Translations under genes and position numbers: made by a program | Shown: positions 37,733 to 48,342 of the stretch, one piece after another | Position numbering within the stretch: position 1 is the stretch's first letter | Layout: every line of letters begins with the position of its first letter | The notes under the pieces: generated by a model | What the model saw: only the letters and a program-made list of their open reading frames with translations | Told to the model about the DNA's origin: nothing | Database searches by the model: none | Source of the DNA: Minisyncoccota bacterium | GTDB lineage: Bacteria > Patescibacteriota > Minisyncoccia > Phycocordibacterales > UBA9973 | Reading direction: 5' to 3' | Assembly (NCBI GenBank): GCA_041664465.1 | Contig: JBAYKP010000003.1 | Span: forward strand, 19,405 to 83,404 | DNA: 64,000 bases

Positions 37733-38035
37733 GCCTATTTCACTCATTATTTCAGCGCTTTCTTCTCTTAATTTCTCTGCCTCTTCTTTTACTATTTCAT
37801 CTAGATTGGGAACTTTTTCTGAAAGAAAACCAAATATGTTTTCTGGGTCTGGATTCTTTTCAATTAATTTTTCAAAAGTATCTTTATCTTCTTCTGAAAG
37901 TATGTCCAATACACGAAGCATTACTTCTTGATAAACGATAGCTCCAAGGCGCTCCATCGCTTCTTTTTGTTTTTCGACTGGTAAAGTATTGATACCTAGG
38001 ATAAGCACTATATTTTTATTTATATCATTAAACAT
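37727..38035 (-). CDS. small acidic hypothetical protein
   Basis: 102-aa helical Glu/Lys-rich ORF; 3' end overlaps repeat copy 2. Confidence 0.35.
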   Translation of the reverse strand: MFNDINKNIVLILGINTLPVEKQKEAMERLGAIVYQEVMLRVLDILSEEDKDTFEKLIEKNPDPENIFGFLSEKVPNLDEIVKEEAEKLREESAEIMSEIGK

Positions 38036-38079
38036 ATATTTTTTGTTAATCCACCTGAGATGGACATGTTAATAATTAA

Positions 38080-40944
38080 TTATAACTTAATTTCATTTAG
38101 TTTGCCCATTTTAGCTATTGCTTCTTCGGCTCTCATTATAAAATGAGGGATTGATTCAGCTTTCGTTATGGTAGTCTCTAACACAGGCTTTAATCCAGAA
38201 ATTTCTTCTAACTTTGTGATATGTGATGCCAATGGTTTATAAACATCTGCGAGCTCTCCTGTTTTGTTTATATGCATCAATTTCTCAACTGAATATGAAT
38301 CTTTTATTTCTTTCCAGAATTCTATTTTCTTATCAGGGAAGAGGTGCTCTATATTTTTTGTATAAGTTTGATTTACTTTTTCTAATAATTCAGGAGTTAA
38401 ATTATTATTTATATTTAAGCTTTCCGCTGGAACATTTACAGAAGTAGTATTTACTAGTTTTTCTGGGTTGAGTACGTTCCCATAATTATCAATAATTTCT
38501 TTCTGCATTTTTGCAACCTCTTCCGATAAGAATTTAAATTCTAAGGTGTCTTTTGGTAAAAGATCTAAGAATCGAGCCTTGGAAGTCATTTTAAATATTG
38601 CTTGGTCTGCATCTAATCGATCAAACCTTCCTAATTTTCCTAATTCTCCTTCAAGTGTATATGGATTTGGTCCTATAATATTTATTTCTCCTCCAACATC
38701 TACCCTCGTGATTTTTCCATTCTCATCATAAATAAATTGCATCTTACCTGAAGACCCGTTCTCTTTTATAGAAACAATATGATTATTATTTTCGAATATC
38801 ATATGCTTGTTTCCTGCTAAATTTTCTGTTGGGGTTGTAATATTTTGATTTAAATTATGTGGCTCCGTATCTACTACTGGTTCTCCTGTATCTGGTGATG
38901 TTCCTATGCTGTCATTGTTAGTTTCTACTCCTGAATGGTCAGAATCAAACATCTTACCTTCGTATTGAGTATTTACTTTTATTTCCGCACCCTTCTCAAG
39001 ATTTATATCAGTTTTCATTCCTACTTCGTGGTAAGTTACATTGCCATTCGCATCAACTTTGAAAGAAGAACCAGACTTAATAAATGCGCTCTCTGCATCT
39101 TGCCCTGGTTTGTACATTCCATATTCTTGTGCAAGTTTATGTGCATCTGTATTTAAAATATGTTTTACACTAGCGGGAGCATTATCTAAATCATTTCCAT
39201 ATTCAACTTTTAAATTGTGTTGAAGTTCACGAAGAGTTGCTATTGCTCCTTTCCCGTGGAGAGCTGTCGCTTCTATATTTGAATGAACAATATTTTCATG
39301 TAATTTCAATACGCCGTGAGTTCCAGGAGGAAGATTATCTGCCTCTGGTGTTTTAATTGGGAATGGATATTTTATTTTAAAACCGGTTTCAGGATTAGTA
39401 CCAGCATTAGCAAGAGGAGGACGTGGATGGTCTGGTATAGAAGGAGTCTTTATATGTTCGATTGTTGAGCTTGTTGGAGTATGGCTGATATCTGGTCCAG
39501 TAATAGCATCTACTCCATTATGTACACCATTACCCATATGTTCTACTCCGAGACCCATTGCAGTATAAGAACCATAGCCAGCAGCAAGGGCGAGAAGTCC
39601 GCCAGTTCCAGCTTTTAGGAGCATACGATTACGAGCTCTTTTCTTTTCTTCGTTTTCAATTATTTCTATTCCTTTTTCATATTCTTCTACATCAATTTTA
39701 CCTGTGGCGAATTCATTTTCTAATCTTGATTTTTCTTGATCTTGGTTTTCTTTAAATTTTAGGTCAGCACCTTTCTTTGCCCAATCGATTCCTTTTGCCA
39801 AATGTCCGACTCCGAAACCAATTGCCATACTAGCTCCGAATTTTAGACCAGCAAGTCCAGCTATTCCAGCATAGACTCCACCAGCAGCAATGGCAGATGC
39901 CCCTATCGCTCCAGTGGCTGAGAGAGGTAAGAATATTATAGTGCTTAATGCCACTCGTTTCCATCTTGGTTTTATTTTCATATATGCATCAATAGCTCTT
40001 TTCCAGAGTGCAGGTTTGATGGGTGATCCTTCTACTTTTGCATCTATAATCTTTTGTCTTTCATCTATTATCGTTTTTGCCAATATCTCTGTTGCTTTAT
40101 ATTGAGTGAGGGCTGTTTCTAAGTCTGCTCCAGTAAGTCCTGCTTTTTCTAGTTCAGCTTTTTTATGGTTATACATTGCTTCCCCCATTTCTATACGAGC
40201 TTGGTTGTATTCCTTTTTAGATTCTATAATTTCTTTTGTAAAATAATCTTCTACTTTTATTGATTTCTTGTATTCAATTTTCTTCTTAGAAAAAACATTT
40301 TTAACCCCAGATAATATATTAAATACAGCGTTCCTTGTTTTATCTATTAGCATTTCTTTGTCAGCTTCTTTTTTACATTTTTTGTATTCCTCAACATATT
40401 TCTCTCTTGTAGCTTCAATTTTTTTATCTAATTCTGTTTCCAACTTTTTCTCCTCAGGAGCAACTGGGGCTTTTACATTTTCTTTATCTCCACCTTCTTC
40501 TATAACTTTCATAGTATCAATATTTTCTCCACTGAACTCCACTGTATCCCCAGTCTTTATATTAATTGGAGCTTTTTCATCATCTACTTTTTTCTGAGTA
40601 GTGACTGGTTTGGTCTTTTTTATGACAGTAACATTCTTTGCTCCCTTTTTCTCTCTTTTAGAAACTTTTAGTGTCTCTGGATTGTTTTCTACTACGACAT
40701 CCTCTATTGCTACAACTGGAGTAGTTCCTACTTCTGTTTCCGCAATTTTTACATTTTCAGTGACAGCTTCTCCCTTCAAAAGTTTTGCCATTTCGTCTTC
40801 AGTATAACCCAACTTTTCTCCTTGTTGCATCAATTTTTCTCTTTCTCTATTCATCAGCTCCTCATTTTTAATTATTGCAGCTTGCACCCCTGCTATGTCC
40901 GCTTCTATTTGTTCTTTGCTCCTTGGTTTTTGTTCGTTTTCCAT
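38080..40944 (-). CDS. large membrane protein with N-terminal coiled coil and Gly/Ala-rich TM cluster
   Basis: heptad-like Glu/Lys-rich N-terminus, central TM helices, C-terminal soluble domain. Confidence 0.5.
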   Translation of the reverse strand: MENEQKPRSKEQIEADIAGVQAAIIKNEELMNREREKLMQQGEKLGYTEDEMAKLLKGEAVTENVKIAETEVGTTPVVAIEDVVVENNPETLKVSKREKKGAKNVTVIKKTKPVTTQKKVDDEKAPINIKTGDTVEFSGENIDTMKVIEEGGDKENVKAPVAPEEKKLETELDKKIEATREKYVEEYKKCKKEADKEMLIDKTRNAVFNILSGVKNVFSKKKIEYKKSIKVEDYFTKEIIESKKEYNQARIEMGEAMYNHKKAELEKAGLTGADLETALTQYKATEILAKTIIDERQKIIDAKVEGSPIKPALWKRAIDAYMKIKPRWKRVALSTIIFLPLSATGAIGASAIAAGGVYAGIAGLAGLKFGASMAIGFGVGHLAKGIDWAKKGADLKFKENQDQEKSRLENEFATGKIDVEEYEKGIEIIENEEKKRARNRMLLKAGTGGLLALAAGYGSYTAMGLGVEHMGNGVHNGVDAITGPDISHTPTSSTIEHIKTPSIPDHPRPPLANAGTNPETGFKIKYPFPIKTPEADNLPPGTHGVLKLHENIVHSNIEATALHGKGAIATLRELQHNLKVEYGNDLDNAPASVKHILNTDAHKLAQEYGMYKPGQDAESAFIKSGSSFKVDANGNVTYHEVGMKTDINLEKGAEIKVNTQYEGKMFDSDHSGVETNNDSIGTSPDTGEPVVDTEPHNLNQNITTPTENLAGNKHMIFENNNHIVSIKENGSSGKMQFIYDENGKITRVDVGGEINIIGPNPYTLEGELGKLGRFDRLDADQAIFKMTSKARFLDLLPKDTLEFKFLSEEVAKMQKEIIDNYGNVLNPEKLVNTTSVNVPAESLNINNNLTPELLEKVNQTYTKNIEHLFPDKKIEFWKEIKDSYSVEKLMHINKTGELADVYKPLASHITKLEEISGLKPVLETTITKAESIPHFIMRAEEAIAKMGKLNEIKL

Positions 40945-40968
40945 AGAATTTAAAATTAATTAATAATA

Positions 40969-43041
40969 TTAATTGTTTGGTTGATTATAATTCCAATTTG
41001 ATGCATAATAATTTTCACTCACTTCACCCGAATAAACAGTTACTTTTTTTGAGTACTCAAAAACTTTATTGATATAATATTTAGATTTAGGGCCTAATTC
41101 TTCTATTTTTAGATTTCCATTTATTACTTGTTTAACAGCTACCGGTCGACTGTGTTTTAGAGCAACTAATTCTTTATAATCTTTTTCTCTTCCATGGGCT
41201 GATATATAGAGATAATTATCAAGTAATGTTGACATTGTAGCTATAGAATTTATTTTTATATTAAATAAATCATCGTTCTTTGTGATATTAAATGTCTTTT
41301 TAATTTTATCTTCTATACTTCCTATTTTTGTTTGACCTATACCAACACTAGTTTCAAACCCCCCAACTGTTTTCAATATATCTCCCACTCTTCCTATTTG
41401 ACCCCCATATATTTTGCCGTATTCTCCAAAAGAACTTTCTTTACCAATAATTCCATATGCTAGTTTTGCTATTTCGTTATAAACAGTATTTGGTATAGTG
41501 GGGTATAAGCTCATTAGCTTCTCTTTGTTTTCTGATATTGTCATTAGAAAAACTTTTGAAGGTTCCGATGGATTTTCGGCTTTAATAATAATTGGTCTTG
41601 GTGCATATGGGCGTATAGTTTTATTGACATCTTTCTGTTGAGATAAAAATCTTAACTCACCATCAATAATTTGAAATTTATTATTTGGATCATCTGGTAA
41701 AATATAAACTTTTTCACCTAGATTCATTATTTTATATAATTTGCGAATACATTCTGGTTCAAAGCCAACACACCCATTACTTAATCTAAATTTTTTAGAA
41801 TTACCATGAATATTTTTATGTAGAGATGTTGAAACCTGTTCACCTCTTTCATTCTTAAGAAATAGCGCTTTGTCTCCAAGGAAAGGACCTTTGTTTGAAA
41901 TAGTATATATTCCCGCTCCCGTTTTCATATTCCCTTCTCCCCAGTCTGTAAATGCTTCATAGCCATCTTTCAAATATCTTTCTCCTTCTTGAAGGTATGT
42001 CGCTTCTTCTATAGAGACTTCTTCTCTTCTGTGGAAAGATCCATCATCTGCAACTTTACGTCTATATGTTGATTTCAATGTAGTTTGTTCGTCTCCAATT
42101 TTTTCACCTAGACATACATTAAAAGATTCAATAAGATTGTCTCCTTGATATCTATGGCATTTACCATTTTGTTTATCTATCACTAAGTATTTGTCGTTAC
42201 TTTTTTCTCTTGCTTTGGTAATGATAGAAAGATTATCACGCATATTAATTTCATCTTCGTATAATCGAATATTTCCAAAATCTTTCAGATTATCAAATTT
42301 GAGGTTATTATAAGAAATTACTGAAGCTTTGTCAGTGCCGCTAAAAGCTGAGGGTGCTCTAAATGCCGTTGCAGTAACGAGAAGTATACTAAAATAAGTT
42401 GCCGCTTTTTTTGCCTTTGTTACAAAGTAACTTAATTTTGTTCGTTCTTTAACTGTTTTAATCTTTTTGTCATTTAACTGTTCAACTATTTTATTTTCTA
42501 TCAGTTTTTCAATATTCTCACTAGGGAATTGTTCCTGAAGTATTTTTTTGTCTTCCTCTGAAAAATTTTCATCTATTATTTCTTGCACTTTCACCTCCTC
42601 TGGTCCTTCTAATTTATTAGTTATATCTTCCTTTATCTCTGTAACTTCAATAGAGGCTTCCTTTTCAGCAAGAATATCTTTCTCTGTTTTATCTTCAAGA
42701 TTGTTTGTATTATCAATTATGGTATCTGTAATATTTCCACTAATTTTTTCTTCAGGTAGAATTTCTACATTTATGGGTGTTTCTATTTCATCTATTTCTT
42801 GTTTTGATTCAATTAGACCCAGTTCTTCTCTTAGAGCCTCTAGTCGTTCATTTAGTCTAATCTTTTCTTCATTATAAAATTTTTCCTTTTCTCTAAATTT
42901 TTCAATTCTTTCCAGGAATTCCTTCTTTCTTTGTTCTATACTAGAAGATTCTAATTTTGTAGTTCCACCCGTATTTATCAGTCCTTCTTCTTTATGGACA
43001 TCATCTTGTTCACTTAGGGTATCAAGTGGTTGATTTTTCAT
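40969..43041 (-). CDS. coiled-coil membrane protein with possible L,D-transpeptidase-like (YkuD) segment
   Basis: acidic coiled-coil N-terminus, one TM, H...SNGCVG motif loosely resembling the LDT catalytic H/C site (weak). Confidence 0.45.
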   Translation of the reverse strand: MKNQPLDTLSEQDDVHKEEGLINTGGTTKLESSSIEQRKKEFLERIEKFREKEKFYNEEKIRLNERLEALREELGLIESKQEIDEIETPINVEILPEEKISGNITDTIIDNTNNLEDKTEKDILAEKEASIEVTEIKEDITNKLEGPEEVKVQEIIDENFSEEDKKILQEQFPSENIEKLIENKIVEQLNDKKIKTVKERTKLSYFVTKAKKAATYFSILLVTATAFRAPSAFSGTDKASVISYNNLKFDNLKDFGNIRLYEDEINMRDNLSIITKAREKSNDKYLVIDKQNGKCHRYQGDNLIESFNVCLGEKIGDEQTTLKSTYRRKVADDGSFHRREEVSIEEATYLQEGERYLKDGYEAFTDWGEGNMKTGAGIYTISNKGPFLGDKALFLKNERGEQVSTSLHKNIHGNSKKFRLSNGCVGFEPECIRKLYKIMNLGEKVYILPDDPNNKFQIIDGELRFLSQQKDVNKTIRPYAPRPIIIKAENPSEPSKVFLMTISENKEKLMSLYPTIPNTVYNEIAKLAYGIIGKESSFGEYGKIYGGQIGRVGDILKTVGGFETSVGIGQTKIGSIEDKIKKTFNITKNDDLFNIKINSIATMSTLLDNYLYISAHGREKDYKELVALKHSRPVAVKQVINGNLKIEELGPKSKYYINKVFEYSKKVTVYSGEVSENYYASNWNYNQPNN

Positions 43042-43141
43042 AGTTTAGTTAATTTATTTAATGATAACATTGTATCAGAATTATCACCGATTGTCCCCAT
43101 ATTATATAATATTTAAGCTATTTGTCAATAGTTTTAGGTAA

Positions 43142-44623
43142 TTATTTTAAATTATATAATTCATCTATTATGTCTTCTTTGGTTTTTTTAAATTCTTTAA
43201 CTAATTTTGGTTCAATAATTTCATGAGCCTCATATTCTAAGGTAGAAGTGTCAGAATATTCTTTTAGCTGGGCTTCATCGTAACTTATTTTTTCTTTTCT
43301 TGATATGGAATCAGTTTTCAGGACATCTTTATTATTCCAAGCAAAATATTTTTCTGATTCAGGACCTTTAAATTGTACAGCATGACTTAATTCAGCTAAA
43401 TAATCTGATAATGAAAAATGACCAGTATAAGTTGGTAAATGCATAGTGTTGGCGTATTGATAATAGCAAGCCCTATCATGAAAATGAGGAGCTGTGCCGT
43501 ATTCTACTTTTGGTTTCCCATATTTTTCATTCATACGTAAAAGTACAATATAATTTAATTTATTTTCAAAATCTGGATCATTCATGGCTTCGTCTTTTTT
43601 GTTTTTATATTCCTCATATAAAGAGTTCATAAAAAATTCACTGCTATCTTCCTTCGCTAGGAATTCACGCCATTTTTGGGGTAATTCTTTATCTTGTGCA
43701 ATGTCATGGAGAATAATTTCAGTGACCGAGTCTAGGGGTGCAGCTTCTGCATATTTGTAGAGATTATCAATTTTAGATTTTACCTGTTCTCTTTTTATTT
43801 CATCTTTAGCTTTTTGTATTCCCCATGATAAAGCCAGCACAGAGAAGGTCAAAACGGTTGTTCTAATTGTCCATTTTTTGAATTGAGACGCTAATTCTTC
43901 CATTATAAATAGTTGTTTTGCTATTAGACTTTTACTCCCCTCCTGATCTTCTAGATTGAGATTTGTTATTTTATTTAATCTTTTTTTAAGATTGTTTTCT
44001 TTTATTCTTCTATATTTATTTATTTCCAATGAAAATTTATTTACTATTGTTTCAAACCAATCTTTATTTAAAGATTCATATTCTTCATAAATATTATTAA
44101 AATTATCACGTGCCGTAGAATATTTTTCCCAGAAGCCGCTTCTAGAGTCTGATGCCGCCATATATTTTTCACGCGTTAGTTTAATATCTTGAATTTCTTC
44201 AGGAAAATTCGAGATGAGATGTTTAAGGATGGTATAACTCTCATCATATTTATCTCTCTTCTTTTTATACTCTTGATATAACAAATCCAAACTGGGAGTT
44301 TCTACTATGTCTAATGGGTCCGCTTTAGGATTTTTTTCTTCTAACCTCGCTCTTTCATCATAGAAAATACTCCATAATTTATCCTTTTCTTGTTCTAGAA
44401 ACTTCATCGTTTGATATTCAGTAGGAAATTTGTTATATAGACTTTCTTGTTTGGAATTATATTGTTCATACAAAGAATCTTCTTCTTTGTTCAATTTATT
44501 CCACATTTCTCTAGTTTCTTTTCTTTGCCATTTAGAATAAAAATAGTCTACTTCAATTTGAAGTTTACTTTTTGGTGATTCTATTTCAGTTTCTTCTTTG
44601 GGGCTAGTTTCTCTCATTTTCAT
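43142..44623 (-). CDS. hypothetical protein with central TM helix, Glu/Lys-rich
   Basis: no recognisable family. Confidence 0.5.
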   Translation of the reverse strand: MKMRETSPKEETEIESPKSKLQIEVDYFYSKWQRKETREMWNKLNKEEDSLYEQYNSKQESLYNKFPTEYQTMKFLEQEKDKLWSIFYDERARLEEKNPKADPLDIVETPSLDLLYQEYKKKRDKYDESYTILKHLISNFPEEIQDIKLTREKYMAASDSRSGFWEKYSTARDNFNNIYEEYESLNKDWFETIVNKFSLEINKYRRIKENNLKKRLNKITNLNLEDQEGSKSLIAKQLFIMEELASQFKKWTIRTTVLTFSVLALSWGIQKAKDEIKREQVKSKIDNLYKYAEAAPLDSVTEIILHDIAQDKELPQKWREFLAKEDSSEFFMNSLYEEYKNKKDEAMNDPDFENKLNYIVLLRMNEKYGKPKVEYGTAPHFHDRACYYQYANTMHLPTYTGHFSLSDYLAELSHAVQFKGPESEKYFAWNNKDVLKTDSISRKEKISYDEAQLKEYSDTSTLEYEAHEIIEPKLVKEFKKTKEDIIDELYNLK

Positions 44624-45003
44624 TTTTTTGATTGATCTTTTTTATCTTTTAAATAAGTGTCAATTACTTTTTCGGCTTCAGTATAAACATCATCAATTTC
44701 CTGCAGGCAACTATTTTTAGCCTCAATCATCAATTTAAGGAACTTTCTTTTATTATCATCTTGGGCATTATTCATGATAAGCATTATACTATATAACCAG
44801 AATCTATTCATAGCTATTTGGGTTGGTTTAGTATGAAATATTGCAAAATCTGGGGTCTGTGTCCCTGTATATCCCTGTGTATAACTCGGTTGACTATCCC
44901 CGCCCAATGGGCTACCCTTATATGTAGAGCCTCCTAGAAAGGGGTTCGTTATACTGAAAGACAGGGATAGCCACATTTTGAAGGCTTGCCGAAATGACTG
45001 CAA
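44620..45003 (-). CDS. small hypothetical protein
   Basis: 127-aa ORF overlapping the upstream gene by 4 nt (operon-like). Confidence 0.35.
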   Translation of the reverse strand: MQSFRQAFKMWLSLSFSITNPFLGGSTYKGSPLGGDSQPSYTQGYTGTQTPDFAIFHTKPTQIAMNRFWLYSIMLIMNNAQDDNKRKFLKLMIEAKNSCLQEIDDVYTEAEKVIDTYLKDKKDQSKK

Positions 45004-46190
45004 AAATTATGTATACGAAACCAACTAAAGACTCCCAAATATCCTTATTTATCAAGTCTTATACTGGCAAGGCTTGTTTTTTGTCTCTCTCTTTTCTTCT
45101 CATAGCTGGCACCCCTACAGTGGCTGATGCTGGCTTTTTTAGTGATATTTTCGCAAGTATTACAGGGTCCAAAGTTCAGGCTACTGATATAAACGAGGAT
45201 TCCACTCATAATTCTCAAAATATTCCACTTCTAGAAACTTCCGTTGATCCAGATATAAAGAATGCCAATAGTGGGGCTAGTACTTCTACCATAGAAGACG
45301 GAGCTCTCCTCCCAGAGAGTTTACAAGGAACGGATTCGGCGACCAATTCATATATATCTTCATCAGAAAAAATTACTACTTATAAGGTTGTAAGTGGGGA
45401 TACATTGGAGAAAGTAGCTAATAAATTCAGCATTTCCAAGAACACGATTCTCTACGCGAATACTATAAAAAATAATGCTCTAAAAGTCGGGCAAGTTCTT
45501 ACCATTCTCCCTGTAGATGGAGTTTCTTATACAGTGAAAAAGGGCGATACTCTCGCCTCTATTGCCAAGGCTCATAAGGCTGACATGAAAGATATCGCAG
45601 AATATAACGATATTTCAGACAAAAATTTGAAGAGTGGCGATAAGATTATTGTCCCAGGAGGTGTCATTGTGAAGAAAGTAGAAGCTCCTCTCCCTATTAT
45701 TAAGGTAGAGCAGGGAGAGCCAGAAGTAAGTCCACAGAGTCAATCTGAAAATAAGCCAGAGAAAAGTCAGGCAAATCCAGAAGATATCTCAAGTGGCAAT
45801 GGCATTACGGGTGGCTATATTTGGCCATTACCGAAAGGTGTTGGTAGAGTCTCTCAGAGATTACACGATGACAATGCTTATGACTTCGCAGCGCCAAAAG
45901 GCACCCCTATCTATGCGATACAAGATGGAACAGTCCTCATCGCTGATGGCGCAGGGTACAATGGTGGATATGGATTATACGTAGTAATAGATTTCAATGA
46001 TGGAGGGCAAGCAATCTTTGGTCATATGAGCAAAGTCACAGCCTTTGTGGGTGAGACAGTGGGGAAGGGTGATATAATAGGTTACGTAGGTTCTACTGGT
46101 AGATCTACTGGCAACCATGTACATATAGGTTATCGTGGAGGAAAGCCAAATCCTTATCGTAATTTACCCAAGAATAGTAATGGATTATAA
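44994..46190 (+). CDS. LysM-domain M23 family peptidoglycan metalloendopeptidase
   Basis: two LysM repeats (YKVVSGDTLEKVANKF, YTVKKGDTLASIAKAH); C-terminal M23 HxxxD and HxH motifs (GNHVHIGY). Confidence 0.8.
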   Translation: MTAKIMYTKPTKDSQISLFIKSYTGKACFLSLSFLLIAGTPTVADAGFFSDIFASITGSKVQATDINEDSTHNSQNIPLLETSVDPDIKNANSGASTSTIEDGALLPESLQGTDSATNSYISSSEKITTYKVVSGDTLEKVANKFSISKNTILYANTIKNNALKVGQVLTILPVDGVSYTVKKGDTLASIAKAHKADMKDIAEYNDISDKNLKSGDKIIVPGGVIVKKVEAPLPIIKVEQGEPEVSPQSQSENKPEKSQANPEDISSGNGITGGYIWPLPKGVGRVSQRLHDDNAYDFAAPKGTPIYAIQDGTVLIADGAGYNGGYGLYVVIDFNDGGQAIFGHMSKVTAFVGETVGKGDIIGYVGSTGRSTGNHVHIGYRGGKPNPYRNLPKNSNGL

Positions 46191-46206
46191 TTAAGAATTA
46201 TAGTTT

Positions 46207-46557
46207 ATGAAACAGCACACACTTGTTTTAATAATTTTAATTTTCATTGCAACGACTTCCTCAGTTGCTGTCTTGGCTTCTGAGGGTTATTTCAATAAGA
46301 AAAAAGCCGAGAGTAAAATATTATCTAAACAGGAGCAATCAGTTTCTAAACCAATAGCTCTCGCTTCAAATGCTATTTCAGTGCAAAAGCCAACGATTGC
46401 AAAATCTTCTACAACAGTCTCCAAAGCTCCAGTGAAAAAAGCCCCAGTCAAAAAAGTTGTTCCTAAGAAAAAAGTTGTTGCCAAAAAGAAATCCAAATTA
46501 AATCTCGCCCCTCCCGTCATCACCCCCGCCACCGCCCCGTATTCAGCAAAGAGATAA
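46207..46557 (+). CDS. secreted lysine-rich protein with KAPVKK/PKKKVVAKKK repeats
   Basis: signal peptide; Lys/Ala/Pro repeats. Confidence 0.45.
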   Translation: MKQHTLVLIILIFIATTSSVAVLASEGYFNKKKAESKILSKQEQSVSKPIALASNAISVQKPTIAKSSTTVSKAPVKKAPVKKVVPKKKVVAKKKSKLNLAPPVITPATAPYSAKR

Positions 46558-46571
46558 AAATAAAAACAACT

Positions 46572-46600
46572 AGCCCCGCCGGTAAACCGGCGGGGCTATC
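46572..46600. terminator. bidirectional terminator hairpin gccccgccgg-taaa-ccggcggggc between convergent genes
   Basis: perfect 10-bp GC stem read directly. Confidence 0.6.
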
Positions 46601-48256
46601 TTAATATATTTCTTGTTGATAACAAGATTCACAGTAGATAACTTCAGACCTATCTGGGGCGTAAGTAGTTTCAAATTCATTTGAACAACCAGGTTTCATA
46701 CAAGAACGATGATATAATTTCATTCCATTTCTTTTTTTCATTCTGTCTTCATGTCTGCATTCAAAATCTTTGTGAGGTAATGGCAACCCCATTTTTTTAT
46801 AGAAAGTTAATTCAGCTTCAACTATTTTGAAATTTTTATTACATTTTTCACAGATCAGAATTTCATCTAGAATCTTTTCATCGATATTATTTATAGAATT
46901 AGGTATCTCGCCTTTTTTAATCGTTTCTTTTCCAAAAGTTCCTGTAGTTTTCTCTTGCCACTCATATCCTCTTTTAGTAGCTTCTTCTTTTGTAAGTGGG
47001 AAGAAATCATGAATCAAGGATTCGTTGTATGCAAATGGTGCAACTTCGGGTGGGAAGAATTGTCCGAAATCTTTTTCTTTTTTCATTTGCTCATAAATTT
47101 TTTCTCTCAAGACTAAATATTCTTCTTTGGAGTACTCTTTATTAAAGATCATATTATTGCCTTTTCTAATAGAGATGCATCCTATGGCATTTGATAAATG
47201 GTGACAGTTGTCGCAATATTCAACCTCATTACAATAAAAAACAAAGGCAGAATTCTTGAGCTTACTCCCTTCGAGTGCTCCCATAATATTGTATCCGAAT
47301 TCTGGCTTATAGTAATAGTTATTACAATCCCAACTATCAGTTGGACTTTCTGTGTCCTTCATATAGGAACAGTTTTTAGCATCATAAGTATCAAAAAGCA
47401 TTACTCCCTCGTGGCAATTATGGAGATAGTCACCCGTTACATTATTGCATTTGGTTTGTGTAGAAAATTTTACAATAGTTTCCTTTTTTAATTTCTCGAA
47501 TTCTTTTTTTGTGTTTTCTATGCTCTCATAATTTTCTAAGATTTCTTTTTTCTTTTTATCAAATTCTTCCTTACTATACTTAATATTTAAAATCGCGTTA
47601 GACATATTCCTTCCATTTGTACACATAATGCAATTATTTGAATTTCGCATGTTATAACAGAACAATAAATCACTAGATGATTGGCATTTTTCACTAAACA
47701 TACATTTAAAACATTCACGACTATCTATACACTCGTAACATAATTCTGATTCATGGAGAAAAGCACAATCCATACATTGTTTATCTCTTTGTAGAAGTCT
47801 CCCATATAAACAGTCTTCATTATAATCAGATGCGAAAATAAGATAGCAATCTTTATTTTCAGCTGAGCCATTTGTATAATCGCTCCTGACATTCTGAATA
47901 GCGACAAGCCCAAGCCTTGGGACTTTCGCTTGTAGTTCTTTGTATTGTTCAAAAAATGATTTAGAAAAATCATAATCTTGCGCATAATCTTTCGGATTCC
48001 ATTCATCACTCCACCAACATTTACTACAATAAACTTTGTATGGAGCATCAGGCGTATAAAGTGTAATCATATTTTCTTTGCACAAGTCACACGGTCTTTT
48101 ATATAAAATTCTCTCATTGCGGAACATCAAACGTCTCGCCATTCGACATTCCGGGCAGTAAATAGGAGGAACAGTCTTCATCTGCTCATAAAACACAAGA
48201 TCTTCATCTCTTATCTCAAATTCTTTCTCACAAGTTTTGCATATTTCTTTTGTCAT
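46601..48256 (-). CDS. cysteine-rich hypothetical protein with internally duplicated zinc-ribbon-like terminal domains
   Basis: N-terminal CKTCEKEF..DLVFY..M...CPECRM and C-terminal CEKCNKNF..ELTFY.KM.....CRHEDRM repeat each other; more than 40 Cys, many CxxC pairs. Confidence 0.5.
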   Translation of the reverse strand: MTKEICKTCEKEFEIRDEDLVFYEQMKTVPPIYCPECRMARRLMFRNERILYKRPCDLCKENMITLYTPDAPYKVYCSKCWWSDEWNPKDYAQDYDFSKSFFEQYKELQAKVPRLGLVAIQNVRSDYTNGSAENKDCYLIFASDYNEDCLYGRLLQRDKQCMDCAFLHESELCYECIDSRECFKCMFSEKCQSSSDLLFCYNMRNSNNCIMCTNGRNMSNAILNIKYSKEEFDKKKKEILENYESIENTKKEFEKLKKETIVKFSTQTKCNNVTGDYLHNCHEGVMLFDTYDAKNCSYMKDTESPTDSWDCNNYYYKPEFGYNIMGALEGSKLKNSAFVFYCNEVEYCDNCHHLSNAIGCISIRKGNNMIFNKEYSKEEYLVLREKIYEQMKKEKDFGQFFPPEVAPFAYNESLIHDFFPLTKEEATKRGYEWQEKTTGTFGKETIKKGEIPNSINNIDEKILDEILICEKCNKNFKIVEAELTFYKKMGLPLPHKDFECRHEDRMKKRNGMKLYHRSCMKPGCSNEFETTYAPDRSEVIYCESCYQQEIY

Positions 48257-48342
48257 ATATTTATTTAATCACATTTATAATAATACACTTTTTATTAACT
48301 TTATAAAACAAAGGAGCATGGCCCCTTTGTTCTAAAAATTAA

